Positions 49,602-63,090 are shown, counted from the first letter of the stretch. The stretch is DNA of 64,000 bases from Octopus bimaculoides (GCF_001194135.2 NC_068981.1:126164191-126228190), one strand, 5' to 3'. Numbers and translations: made by a program. The notes: generated from the letters alone by a model not told the origin.

Positions 49602-52019
49602 AAAGCTTTTATAATGCTGATGATGTACTGCTACACTTTTAGTACTTTATTCATTGTCCCATGAATTGATAAAAGTTGAAANNNNNNNNNNACACACACA
49701 CACAATAAAGCTTTTATAATGCTGATGATGTACTGCTACACTTTTAGTACTTTATTCATTGTCCCATGAATTGATAAAAGTTGAAATTTGCAGCTCTAAA
49801 CAATTCTTTTAATCTTTACCGGAAGATCTAGATCAATTGATTGCTTCCTTCTCTTTTCTCACCAAAACTACTCTATGGTAATACATCTTCTGGACAGTCC
49901 TCCTTCATCTGCTAACATCCATAGACTTATTATTACATACAGACTTTTATGTCGAAGGCTGCAGTCCTTTGGAAAACTTTCCCTTCTGTTATATTCCTGT
50001 TATACTCTGAATTCTTTGAATTCAGCTGTAACTCCACCATTTTAGTAACCTCTTTAATTTCTCTGAAAATATACTTTAATTCTGGCTATGCATTTCATGT
50101 TTCAAGTACTCTTTGTGATATAGAAAATTATTGTTAGATTAAAGAACTTTGAAATTTTATTGGTAAAGTATTTTTTTCTTTCCTCAAAACATGTTAACTA
50201 GGATATTAAACTGACGTACTTTCATATGATCGTAGTTGATTGTAATGTCTGTATATAGATAGCAGAAATTTATTATGAAAATATTGCTATGATCTTGCAG
50301 TTTACTAAGTATTTTTTGTCGAGTAATGCAGTAGGATTAACAGAGTTGATATATCAACAGCTGTGTTTTTAAAAATAGAAATCCTGTTGTGTCAGTAAAA
50401 CATGGAATTGCCCTTTATCACTTCGTAGTTCATGCATGGTGAATTCTTTTCTTCTGTCAGGACTATTCTCATAATTGTATGTTTTTTATTTAAGTGTTAT
50501 CAAACTTATTTTCAGTTTATATATTTATTTGTTTCTTTCAAATCACTGATGTAATGGTTAGATTACAATGTATCCATAAACTGGTTAGTTTAGTTACTGA
50601 TTTAATATAAGGTCAAATTTTTCATATTGCTTTTGTTATGTTCATTAATGAATAACCACACCTAGATAGTCAACAGATTGTCAAAATACTGGTTCATAGA
50701 TTAATTTCTATCCTGTTAGTATCCATAAGGAATATCAGGTCCATTTTGCTGAGTTAAAACCTAATGGGCTTCAGAAAGCAATAGGAAACCACAGCTATAT
50801 TCAGCCTTAGATAAGAGGCAATTTTGTTTTTACTTGTCTTTTCATTAGATCCATGCACTACTTCTTTCTGATTACTGGCTGTGTATGGTTGCTACAGTTC
50901 ATGAATAGGAATTTACTAGGAAGTTATCTTATCCAACATGAACATTCTGCATAGTAGCTTTAGACATTGTTTTTGGTCTTTCATATGCAAGCGTTTGTGT
51001 GTGTTACTATAAACATGGAGTGTGAGGTGAAACTTTCACTTGTGAATGTTTGTGTGTGTGTTAATGTATATTCCTTTGGGTCAAAACGAGTATCTATCTG
51101 TCTGTCAGTTTATATACCCACCTTCACTACCACCAACACAACCATTGCCATCACCTACTCATCAACTTCTTAATAACCAATAACAACAGCAACAAGTGTA
51201 TGAAGAAGATAAGCAACTCTATCTAAAATAAAAGGCATTCACACAAGATAGTGTGGCATCTAGTGTATTTTGAAAGTTGAATGAAATGTCTTTGCTCTTA
51301 GGCCAATGAGGATTGATTTGAGACTAAGCAGCAGTAAAAATACAATTAACAAGAACAGTATGACTACTACCTCCACCACCATCAACACACCAATTTTTGA
51401 ATAACCAACTGGCAGCATCAACAATAATAGTATCAGCCCAATAGCAATGTCTGTAGCTACATATGTTGTATGTCAGCACAATAATGTGAGTAGGTTGAGT
51501 GTTGAGATTTTATAGTTCAAGTGAGAAGTGTGAGGGGCAAAGTACCCATGAACTGGTAACCCATTAACAAACTGCAATCATACAGTATCTCCTCCCACCT
51601 CACTCCTACACTCTTTTATCCTTTAATTTCCATTCTTACATTCATAGGAACAAAACAATGAACTTTTCTCTCACAAAACAGTTCTTTTCTAGTACTGTTT
51701 TATTTGCTACATATTTATTGTGGATAATTATTGATTGTCACTGCTGTTGGATTTATTTACAATTCAAGATATCTAGAAAGAAGCCATCGAGTTGAACTAT
51801 AGGTAGTAGTGTGCAAATGACTGTAAAAATATTACAGCAGATATTACTTTATTTGAAAAAAGGGTTGATGCAGAACAAAAAAAAAAACAGAGCCACATTG
51901 CAAAAACATTACAACTTGCTCTCTACAGTCGGAACAATAAATAACAAGAGAGACAAAAATTAAGTCAAGTGCTCAAGAAGTTAATCCATTAAATGCTTGG
52001 GCCTTATATTTTCATAGAC

Positions 52020-52500
52020 ATAAGGTGGTATTTAAAATGGAATGGCTCTTGGGTGTATGGATTGAGAATCTGATTTAATGTTATATACTGATAAACACAA
52101 CAGTAATTAAAAAAATACAAACCAAAAGTCTTTATGACAAAGCATGGATGACTTAGAAGGCCTTTTTGAAGAGTGGTTTACAAATGTCTGCTGTAGAAAG
52201 GTTCAGTACTACTCATATTTTCAACAAAACATTGCTCCTTTCAGAGAACGCTCCAAACCTAAGAGTAGAATATATCCCCAAGAATACAATTTCTTTGCTC
52301 CAGCTTATGAATCAAGGTGTATTTGATTTAAGTATAGTATAAACCTATAGTCAAAGACTTCTGGAAGAAGTTTCAACTGTGGATGTTGTGGATAACATAG
52401 CTGAGTTATGGGATGAAGTGAAACCATCACCTTCGAATGATGCTTGGAAAAGTGTATGCCTAGACTGTATTTATGACTTATAAGTCTTCCGCAAGCAGAA
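52020..52500 (+). mobile_element. Tigger/pogo (DDE_1) transposase relic
   Basis: 'KMEWLLGVWIE', 'LFEEWF', 'NLRVEYIPKNTISLLQLMNQGV' (cf. FLPPNTTSLLQPMDQGVI), 'NIAELWDEVK'; frameshifted. Confidence 0.75.
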
Positions 52501-54923
52501 AGACTACTCTAAATTCTTAAAGATATTGTAATACGTGTGAATGATGTAGGGTTGTAAGATGTGAAAATGCCATGTGTGATGATGTGGTTGTGTTGCTAGT
52601 GTCTCAAACTGAGAAAACAGATGCAAATATAAAAATTCCATCAACTCTAAGTTGACTACAAAGAATATTGCTAAAGAGTTAGTACTTATAAAAGTAAGTC
52701 TAAGTTTTTGCTAACGGCAACCCTAATTGTGAATGTAACAAAAAATCACAAGAGGAGTTTACTATGGACTCAGTTTCTACACAAAGAAGTGATGTGCCAT
52801 AATCATTGAACAATTTCAAATAGGTTCTTCACTCATCAAACAAATGTTGATAGTGATGAAGATAGTGTTGTCAACCATTGCGGTTTATATGTGTGGCCTG
52901 TAAAGTGGCTCTCTGGCATTTCATTGACTACATCATTTATATAAGATTACTGCAGCTAATTAACAACTAATACTAGTTCAAAGTTAGTAACTATGTTAAG
53001 CTGTGTATTTGCTTTTATTTCTTCTTCTCAGTTGTAGAAATATGTTAAGAAATATCTTTCATGTCTAGCATCTCCTGACTTGAGTTAATTATAGAATTAA
53101 TTTCTCCCTCTTGTCGCTTGTCTTATATTCCTTTAAGAACAGGCATTAAAAATCAATAGTTAAATAAATGCTGCAATAATATATGTACAGATGAAACTGA
53201 TTTAGTTGTTCAAACTAATGAAGCTGGTCTGATTCAAGGCTGTTGTGTGATGTGGCAAGATATTTTTAGTGGTGTGTTTATATGAAACTAAGTGGATAGT
53301 CTACTTGATTAATACATGTAAACAGATGTCTGCATTGGCTTACATTTTTGCTGCTGCTACTGTTTTCTTTTCTGTTTCATTATTTATTATTCTTCCCTAC
53401 CATTGATATACAATCAACTAGTTAACTGATCAATAGATCAATAATCTAGGTAATTGCTATCATGTGTGGATGTATATCTATCTATCTATATACATACCAA
53501 TATGTGATAGATTGTGTGGCCTTTATCAATTTCTACTTACGTTTGTTTTGTATTATTCTAAGTACAATTATTGCTTTGTTTTAACCCTTGGTATTGTTAT
53601 ATCCATAACTAATTTTGATTTTATAATTTGCTTTTAATGTATTTATTTTTGTTTAGTGATTACATTTAGTATCATAAAATTCTTTTATTTATAAAAAAAA
53701 AACCTTAAATTTCATTATCAACTCTTTGGCCTGTAGAAATCAGCCTTTGTATTGTACAGTCAGCCCCTTAACACTTTGAAGGTTAAACCTTGTGGCGTTT
53801 CTACATTTAAGATGAAGTAATTTTTACAAACTAACAAAAAAACATAAGAGTGTTATTTAAAATTTTGTAAGAAAAATAAAATTTGCATCTAATGAATAAA
53901 AAAGTGTGTTTGTGTGTGTGCACTCACACAAAAGATTGCACTTGCATCTTTACTTCTCTCTGGCACAAAAATAGTTGACCAGTATATTGGACCATTTGTC
54001 TTATAAGAGTTTTTCTAAAGAAATCTTCTTAAGTATTGATCATGGATTCTTTAATCTATAAAGATATTCTTATATATCTTTTTTGGGGCAGTACTCATTG
54101 CTGATATATGTCCTCTTATGTCTCTGTCTAAGAGACATTAGGATAATTGGTGAGGTTAGTCTGTTTGATATTCAACATGAATTGATTCAGGTTAGAAACT
54201 AGTAAGAAAACAATGGAAGCCTTTTCAAGTAAATTCACAACAAAAGACCATTTAGAAAACAAAACAGGCTAATGGTAGCAGAGAATTTTTTAATTAAAAG
54301 CATACCAATCCTGTAGATAGCTTTTTCTTGGATGTAGTCTAGTATTTCTGAATGTGCAGCATATGCACCAATTTTTTTTTTCTTTAAAAAAAGGAATTAA
54401 CTACATTCATGATTGAAATGCTTTCTGCCTCTGAAAATAAAACACTGCTTTGATTTTGGCAGCGTGGAAAATTCTGTACTTGTTCAGCATTTAAACTTAG
54501 TATTGTTGATGAGTTAGAGTGATGCAATGTTTGATTATGTGTTTATTGTTCACAAGATAAACAGTTTATTTTATCGTCTTCACATATTTTATTTGCTAGA
54601 CTGATTGGAAGTTGTTGTAGATTTGGACATTTGCATTGCTTTAAAGTTGAATATTTTGCCTAATTCCAGCATTTAAACTTGTTAGTTTGCAATATTTAGG
54701 TTGATAATTTTTGACTAAAGAGTAAACAAGAAAACTTCTGTCAGAATATTATTTCTTTGAGCCAAGTCATCCATCACTTCAACTATTCAAACTCTCTGCC
54801 TCTATTCTGATAATGGATATTTAGAAAGGTCACAACTGCATTGTCATTTAGATTCTAAGTGCTTCTGGTATTCAGTTGTTGAATTTGTTTTATAGTCTCT
54901 ACTTTTGCTACTTTGTAAAACAG

Positions 54924-54953
54924 GCGGAGGATCTAGTTTTATTCATGTAAACA
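54924..54953 (+). other. Candidate 30-nt symmetric microexon (xGGSSFIHVN)
   Basis: ctttgtaaaacag|GCGGAGGATCTAGTTTTATTCATGTAAACA|gtaagg; only the phase-1 frame is open, matching the phase of exon 1. Confidence 0.4.
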
Positions 54954-55739
54954 GTAAGGTATTTTCAATAAGTTTGGAGGCAATGGTAGAAAGAAAAACC
55001 TTGAAGGAAAACAATCTCTTAATAGATATTGTCTGAGATCTAACTAGAAACTGTAGCTAAAGGAAATACTGTTTATGATATTTCATTTACTGTTAAGTTT
55101 TAGATTTTAAAATAATGAGTAATATTAAAATAATGAAATATTATAGTCAAACTTGATTAATATGGAAAATCTCTCTGATAACTTTATTTTTAATTGTTTC
55201 TGCTTTGAAAACATTACTGAATAATGATTCACCAATGTCCCAGTTAACTACCACTCATACTAACCAGATAAATCACTATATCAGTTCTTCAAATATTCTT
55301 GTAAGAAATATTGTTTATGTGAACTAAGCATTTTTCTTTTTCTTTAGCCCTTTTTTTATTAAAATAACGTTAAAAGGCTGTTATCACAAGTATACCTCTT
55401 ATATTTTCTGAATATTAGTTCTCAAATAGTTTGAGCAGGTTATACAACCATTCTTTTACAAATTCATTATCACTGGTTTTATAGTTCTGTAAATATATAA
55501 CTATTGAAATTAACTTTGTTGTTAATCAAATATGACTCAAATATAAATCAGAAAATTTAATGTAAATATGAATTTTTGTTATACTTTCTGAAAAAGTGAA
55601 GTGGTTAATTTTCTTTTTATTTAACACCCAGTATAACTGTGTTCTTTATAAGGTTCACTATTCACTTGAGTATGTTCCCTCTTTTCTCTTGAAAGCTACA
55701 ACATTGATATTAAAGCATAAGCATTACATGATTTTACTA

Positions 55740-55770
<31 letters not shown>

Positions 55771-58700
55771 TTTAGTAAGATTCTGGAGACAGCTTGGTGT
55801 AATTGGGAACATTTTTGTTTGAGGTCAGTTGTCAATATTATGCTGAAAAGCACTATATACAGAGCTAGATCCATTTAAGCAAAATGGTTTGTTGAACTGT
55901 TTCTTTCAGATTCACATTTGTTTGGATTTAAATTAAAACTGATCTGACTAAACATATATTATTATTAAAGCTCTTCTGAGTTTGTTATACATTTCTACCT
56001 CATGTTAGCATTTTTTTTTTTTTTTTTTGTAAAATAAATGAGTTACTTTACACTGAAGTATGAATTAATATAAATACAAATTTTACATATTGAAATTTTT
56101 AAAAACATGGCACATTTTGAATTCTTTTACTTGGAGTACACAAATATGTTATCTTTGTTCAATTTTGCTATTCTGATTCAGCAAGTATTTTTCTAAACTT
56201 TATCTAGATTCAGTAAAATGATACTTATTTTTAATCATTAAAAGAAAAAAAAAAATTTAACAAAAGGATTTTTTCACTAACTTATTTCAATTTACTTCAA
56301 GCAGCATTTACATTTCATTTGGCTTCTGAGATGTGNNNNNNNNNNNNNNNNNNNNNNNNNNNNNNNNNNNNNNNNNNNNNNNNNNNNNNNNNNNNNNNNN
56401 NNNNNNNNNNNNNNNNNNNNNNNNNNNNNNNNNNNNNNNNNNNNNNNNNNNNNNNNNNNNNNNNNNNNNNNNNNNNNNNNNNNNNNNNNNNNNNNNNNNN
56501 NNNNNNNNNNNNNNNNNNNNNNNNNNNNNNNNNNNNNNNNNNNNNNNNNNNNNNNNNNNNNNNNNNNNNNNNNNNNNNNNNNNNAAAAAAAAAAAAATGT
56601 TGTTTCAACATATTTTACTTGTTTATTCTTTGAGAGGAGGATATTATATATCACAGACATACACTCGCTCTGGATCATTTTTTAAATTCGGTTTATGGTT
56701 TTTGATACAAACTTTTGACTCCCATATAAGTTGTTGGATTAATTGGAACTGATTGATGTGAAATCTAAATGACATATACTGCTAAAAAGTAGCATTCAAA
56801 TGCAAATAATTATGATGTTCTTCAGTTCATTCTATTAGATAACTTGTTTATAGCCCACTTTTATTTTAATGACTAGAATGTTAAGATCCATTGGATTTTT
56901 TTTACCCATAATAGCAACAACAGCAATTTCACTTTTATTATCTATTTTTTAAATGTTTTATATTATCAGTTACTATGACAAATGATGTAGCTAATCAAGT
57001 TCATGACTCAATTTTTGTTAGATTTCTCTCATTTTTAAATTTAATTAAATTTTAGAGAGGAAGGGCTGGGTTTCTGGGTTAATCATTTCTCAAGGCCTTA
57101 CTATGGTTATATACATGCACACACACACACACACACATGCACACACATGCACACACACACTTGCACACACACACACATTTAGATTTAGCTGTCATAAAAA
57201 AGAGTACTCAATACTATAGAAGAAATAGATAATACATTTTGTTTTGGTTGACTCAGAGTAGCCAGAGACTGACTTGGTCAACGTGATGAGAGGGGATCTC
57301 TCTTTCTGTCCACTGCTTTCCTAAGAAAAGACATGCTTTTTCTGTCTCTTCTCTCATGGCTCATCTATCTAGCATTCATAATAATTTTTCNNNNNNNNNN
57401 NNNNNNNNNNNNNNNNNNNNNNNNNNNNNNNNNNNNNNNNNNNNNNNNNNNNNNNNNNNNNNNNNNNNNNNNNNNNNNNNNNNNNNNNNNNNNNNNNNNN
57501 NNNNNNNNNNNNNNNNNNNNNNNNNNNNNNNNNNNNNNNNNNNNNNNNNNNNNNNNNNNNNNNNNNNNNNNNNNNNNNNNNNNNNNNNNNNNNNNNNNNN
57601 NNNNNNNNNNNNNNNNNNNNNNNNNNNNNNNNNNNNNNNNNNNNNNNNNNNNNNNNNNNNNNNNNNNNNNNNNNNNNNNNNNNNNNNNNNNNNNNNNNNN
57701 NNNNNNNNNNNNNNNNNNNNNNNNNNNNNNNNNNNNNNNNNNNNNNNNNNNNNNNNNNNNNNNNNNNNNNNNNNNNNNNNNNNNNNNNNNNNNNNNNNNN
57801 NNNNNNNNNNNNNNNNNNNNNNNNNNNNNNNNNNNNNNNNNNNNNNNNNNNNNNNNNNNNNNNNNNNNNNNNNNNNNNNNNNNNNNNNNNNNNNNNNNNN
57901 NNNNNNNNNNNNNNNNNNNNNNNNNNNNNNNNNNNNNNNNNNNNNNNNNNNNNNNNNNNNNNNNNNNNNNNNNNNNNNNNNNNNNNNNNNNNNNNNNNNN
58001 NNNNNNNNNNNNNNNNNNNNNNNNNTTTATAATTATTTTGAACCAGATTTATTAGTCATTTACATTGTTGTCAATTAATTAAAATAACTTGTGTCGAAAG
58101 TTCTGTGTTACATTTGTATCTGAAATAAAATATATTTCTAGTACAAGTATGATAGTATATGTTAAATCATTGATATCACATATGTTTTTTGTATCTCTTT
58201 GACATATTTGTAAATAAGGTTCTTGTCTTGATTTTTTTTTCTCTGTTGACAATTATGGTCAAACTTAAGTGGCTGAGCTGAAATTTTGAAAACGCCTTTT
58301 TTTTTTTTTTATGAAAGGTACCTTAATGACGGCTTTGTAGTTTGTTTATTTCTGATTAGGAAAGTGACATAAGGAGGTTTATTCTCCTTTTCTATGAGGA
58401 AGTTCAACATTTTTATTAATTCACACTGAATCATTATGTGCATTTGTTATAAATTAACAAATTGCATCTTTCTTGTTACTTTGTTTCTTTTCTCTCAATA
58501 TTTTGTTATTTTGTTATATCAACTATTTTCATTGTGCATTTTGATTTAATAGTCTTATTTAAAGCCATCCATTTAAACAGTTTACTTTGTTGTTAATTTT
58601 ATTATTTCAATTATTATTATTATTATTATTATTATTATCATCATTATTGTTGTTGTTGTTGTAAGGTTGCAGATTTGGAATTTATTAAATTTCTGGATAA

Positions 58701-59070
58701 ATATTTCCCCTGTACAATTTCATTATGCATTTCTTTATCAAATTGTTATTGTTATCTAATATAACTAGCAGGTTGTTTGAGAGTTAAAATGCGCAAATGT
58801 GATGTTTATTGAAATATAGAATTTAAGTGTGATAATGGAAATTGAAATGGCTATATAGTTAATAAGCTCTTCATTGATTGAACAGTTAAGAAGGTCATTA
58901 GCTGTTTAAACATTACCTCCTAAAATATTCAAATATTCACATTTGCAAAAATTATCCCAACCATGATAGCATATTACAATATATATTAAAACAAAACCAA
59001 ACAAACCAATCTGATTTATTTAGTGTAAATATTACTGTCCTTCCAGCAATACCTGCTTAGAATTTATTTT

Positions 59071-59745
59071 AACAAGTGGCTTTATAGTAAACATTGTTTG
59101 CCAACATAACATGGCAGTCCTGGTTTAGGATAAATGTTGTTGTAATTTAGCCCCGGAAGACATAGTCTCCAGCTGGCTATACAACACGATCTGTGTCCTT
59201 ATATTTTCGAACAAAGGAATCTAGCACCCCCCCCNNNNNNNNNNNNNNNNNNNNNNNNNNNNNNNNNNNNNCCAGCTCAAAACAATACAGTAACATTTGT
59301 CCTAAACCAGGACTGCCATGTTATGTTGGCAAACAATCTATACTCCAAAGTACTGTTGGTGAATATCTCTCGTTGTGAGATTTACAAATAGTAATTTTGT
59401 AATTTATAGATCAGTGACTAATTGTCACTTTGAAAACTATATATTTCGAACGGGAATTTGGCAGCACCACCTCTAGCCAAACAATTATTCTGTGCTGATG
59501 AAGAGAAATAACCTAGAAATCACGATACACAGATATTGTTTTGAGCTGAGTTGGGGTGCTAGATTCCCTTGTTCGAAAATATAAGGACACAGATTGTGTC
59601 ATATAGCTATGTCTCCTGGGGCTAAATTACAGCAACATTCGTCCTAAGCCAGGATTGTCATGTTATGTTGGCAAACAATTTTTACTCCAAAGTACTGTTG
59701 CTGAATATCTCTTATTGTGGGATTCAAAAATGGTAATTTTCTAAA
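59071..59745. mobile_element. Retrozyme-like / non-autonomous Penelope-like element: ~342-bp tandem unit plus inverted copy
   Basis: 59287-~59400 recurs at 59629-~59745 (period 342); 59071-59287 is the reverse complement of 59534-~59700; contains a hammerhead fold. Confidence 0.75.
59479..59541 (+). ncRNA. Type I hammerhead ribozyme motif (stem II degenerate)
   Basis: Stem I TCTGTG (59489-94) / CACAGA (59528-33), extended by AAACAAT/ATTGTTT; CTGATGA 59495-59501; GAAA 59516-19; minimal stem III AT-CACG-AT; predicted cleavage after AUA at 59527. Confidence 0.7.
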
Positions 59746-60251
59746 GTGACATTATTTTGAATAATCATACTAGATTACACTGAGAAATCTAGATCTGTTG
59801 GTATGGTTTCTACAATGCTTGGAAATCCTCTGAATGTGGGTGAGGCTAAGTTAGCCACAATAAGATATTGTGAACTAAGGGAGAATTCATCAATTATACA
59901 TCAATGTCAGTATAATTATGCCATTAAGTATAATATCTATGGTTTTGATTTCTAACTGTTGATATGTAGACATTTATCAACTTGGTAGTTAAGACTGGTT
60001 GAATTAGGAATATTAAAAAACAAAAAAAAAAGGCCAATAAAAACATCCACTTTAAATTGTGTGCATAAATAATGACAAACTTAGATAGCCACCTGTTAAA
60101 AACACTAGCATTATCAGTAGCAGCATAAGAAACTACTAGAAACAAGCTAGCAAAATATTTGTTCAAAAGTATATGCATATTGTGCAAAAGTGTTTTTGAA
60201 TAAATTTAACTTTTATGTTAGTATTTACAATATTAATTTACTAGAGTAAGG

Positions 60252-60460
60252 GTAGTGAGCTGGCAGAATTGTTAGCATGCTGACCAAAATGGTTCGTGAC
60301 ATTTTATCTGTCATATTCTGAGTTCAGATTTTGCTGAAGTTGACTTTACCTTTCATTTTTTGGGAGTTGATAAAATAAGGACCAGTTGAGCATTTGGGTC
60401 AATGTAATTGACTGATCCCTTCCTCTGAAATTGCTGGCTTTATGCCAGAATTTGAAATCA
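60252..60460 (+). mobile_element. SINE family B copy
   Basis: Aligns with 18103-18320. Confidence 0.8.
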
Positions 60461-60755
60461 GTATTATTTTATTAGATTACAAATAAAAAAAAATGTAGTT
60501 TATAATGTTGGCTAGATACTTGACTTCCAACAGTTCCATAACCTGAATTGTTCACAAGGAATCCTGGATTTATCTTTAAAGTACAAATCAATTGATAATA
60601 TCTTTCCTATTTTACAACAAAACTTCATAACTTGGAAAGAAATCATTGTGATTATCAAATCATTAAAAAAAAAACTTCTTTTCCTAGGTGCTAAGTATAG
60701 CAATGTAGTTGTAATATGGCTCTAAGTTCAGTTCCATGTGCAAAGTCTGTTGTAT

Positions 60756-60800
<45 letters not shown>

Positions 60801-60804
60801 CACA

Positions 60805-60994
60805 TATTAGGGCTACCATTGGTTTCATGTTCAGAAAAATATCTTAATATCTTAACAATTTTTCAAGCTGATCACATGGAGGAATGGTGTTTGTCTCCAT
60901 TTTAGAGATGAACACTATTCCTCCATGTGAGTGACTTGAAAAATTAAGATGCTGAGATATTTTTATTAACATGAAACCAATAGTAGCCTTAATA
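60805..60994. mobile_element. Palindromic fold-back MITE (~190 bp, ~90-bp arms, ~7-nt loop)
   Basis: TATTAGGGCTACCATTGGTTTCATGTT...GTCTC / GAGATG...AACATGAAACCAATAGTAGCCTTAATA; TA ends (Tc1/mariner-like). Confidence 0.85.
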
Positions 60995-61165
60995 CACAAA
61001 AAAAAAATCTATCCACCAGTGTGGTATTGAGCACTCATTTTTGTTGTTTGACATTTACGTAAATATATATATATATACACATACATACATACATTCATAC
61101 ATATATACACATATATACATACATACATACATATACATACATATATACACATACATGCATATATG

Positions 61166-61227
<62 letters not shown>

Positions 61228-62349
61228 AAATTAAGAGGAATGACCACGAAGANNNNNNNNNNNNNNNNNNNNNNNNNNNNNNNNNNNNNNNNNNNNNNNN
61301 NNNNNNNNNNNNNNNNNNNNNNNNNNNNNNNNNNNNNNNNNNNNNNNNNNNNNNNNNNNNNNNNNNNNNNNNNNNNNNNNNNNNNNNNNNNNNNNNNNNN
61401 NNNNNNNNNNNNNNNNNNNNNNNNNNNNNNNNNNNNNNNNNNNNNNNNNNNNNNNNNNNNNNNNNNNNNNNNNNNNNNNNNNNNNNNNNNNNNNNNNNNN
61501 NNNNNNNNNNNNNNNNNNNNNNNNNNNNNNNNNNNNNNNNNNNNNNNNNNNNNNNNNNNNNNNNNNNNNNNNNNNNNNNNNNNNNNNNNNNNNNNNNNNN
61601 NNNNNNNNNNNNNNNNNNNNNNNNNNNNNNNNNNNNNNNNNNNNNNNNNNNNNNNNNNNNNNNNNNNNNNNNNNNNNNNNNNNNNNNNNNNNNNNNNNNN
61701 NNNNNNNNNNNNNNNNNNNNNNNNNNNNNNNNNNNNNNNNNNNNNNNNNNNNNNNNNNNNNNNNNNNNNNNNNNNNNNNNNNNNNNNNNNNNNNNNNNNN
61801 NNNNNNNNNNNNNNNNNNNNNNNNNNNNNNNNNNNNNNNNNNNNNNNNNNNNNNNNNNNNNNNNNNNNNNNNNNNNNNNNNNNNNNNNNNNNNNNNNNNN
61901 NNNNNNNNNNNNNNNNNNNNNNNNNNNNNNNNNNNNNNNNNNNNNNNNNNNNNNNNNNNNNNNNNNNNNNNNNNNNNNNNNNNNNNNNNNNNNNNNNNNN
62001 NNNNNNNNNNNNNNNNNNNNNNNNNNNNNNNNNNNNNNNNNNNNNNNNNNNNNNNNNNNNNNNNNNNNNNNNNNNNNNNNNNNNNNNNNNNNNNNNNNNN
62101 NNNNNNNNNNNNNNNNNNNNNNNNNNNNNNNNNNNNNNNNNNNNNNNNNNNNNNNNNNNNNNNNNNNNNNNNNNNNNNNNNNNNNNNNNNNNNNNNNNNN
62201 NNNNNNNNNNNNNNNNNNNNNNNNNNNNNNNNNNNNNNCACACACACACACACACACACACATTGTATGTGTTGTATAATGTATATTTTATGTATTGTTT
62301 CTTCATTTCAATATCCATCTGGAATTCTTTCTCAGGCTATGTTTTTCCA

Positions 62350-62380
<31 letters not shown>

Positions 62381-62404
62381 ATTATATATATAATATGTTG
62401 TGCT

Positions 62405-63025
62405 TGAGGATACCCGGCAAGCCAAGTGAGACCATAACCCGTGGCCTATGCCAGTGGTGTAACCAGCCCACTTATGCGTACCTTTCCCTCATTGGACACT
62501 AAACTCTGCTTGCAAAGACCTGTTGAGGCAGGTGAAATCGAAATCAAATTCAATGACAGCACCGCTTGACTGGCATCAGTGCTAGTGGAGCACTAAGAGC
62601 ACCACCCGAGCGTGATTGTTGCCAGGGCTGCTGACTGGCTCCCGTGCTTGTGGCACGTAAAAAGCACCATTCGAGCGTGATCGTTACCAGCGTCGCTTTA
62701 CTGGCACTTGTGTCAGTGGCACGTGAAAGACAACATTCGAGCGAGGTTGTTGCCAGTGCTGCTGGACTGGCTCCTGTGCAGGTGGCACGTAAAAAACACT
62801 ATTTGAGCGTGGTCGTTGCCAGTACCGCCTGACTGGCCGTCATGCCGGTAGCACGTAAAAGCACCTACTACACTCTTGGAGTGGTTGGCGTTAGGAAGGG
62901 CATCCAGCTGTAGAAACTCTGCCAGATCAGATTGGAGCCTGGTGCAGCCATCTGGCTCGCCTGTCTTCAGTCAAACTGTCCAACCCATGCCAGCATGGAA
63001 AGTGGATGTTAAACGATGATGATAA
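62405..63025 (+). mobile_element. RTE LINE 3' end: stop codon, full 3' UTR with ~66-bp minisatellite, GAT tail
   Basis: 'acccggcaagccaagtga' ORF end; aligns with 30925-31361 and 33878-34240. Confidence 0.9.
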
Positions 63026-63090
63026 TGATACATACATATATATATATATTTATATATGTATATATATATGTATGTATATATATATATGTA

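Noticed and set aside
24435-58710. Further short open cassettes (24435, 40476, 40759, 44117, 53191, 58671)
   Set aside because: Donors and/or acceptors are weak (gtttgt, gtaaat, gtactg, gttatt, gtctga, gtacaa); expected by chance in T-rich DNA.
61009-62502. Long ORFs (240-420 aa) here and at 20170-20913, 56292-56752 and 57333-58078
   Set aside because: They are made of N runs and (TA)/(CA) microsatellites.
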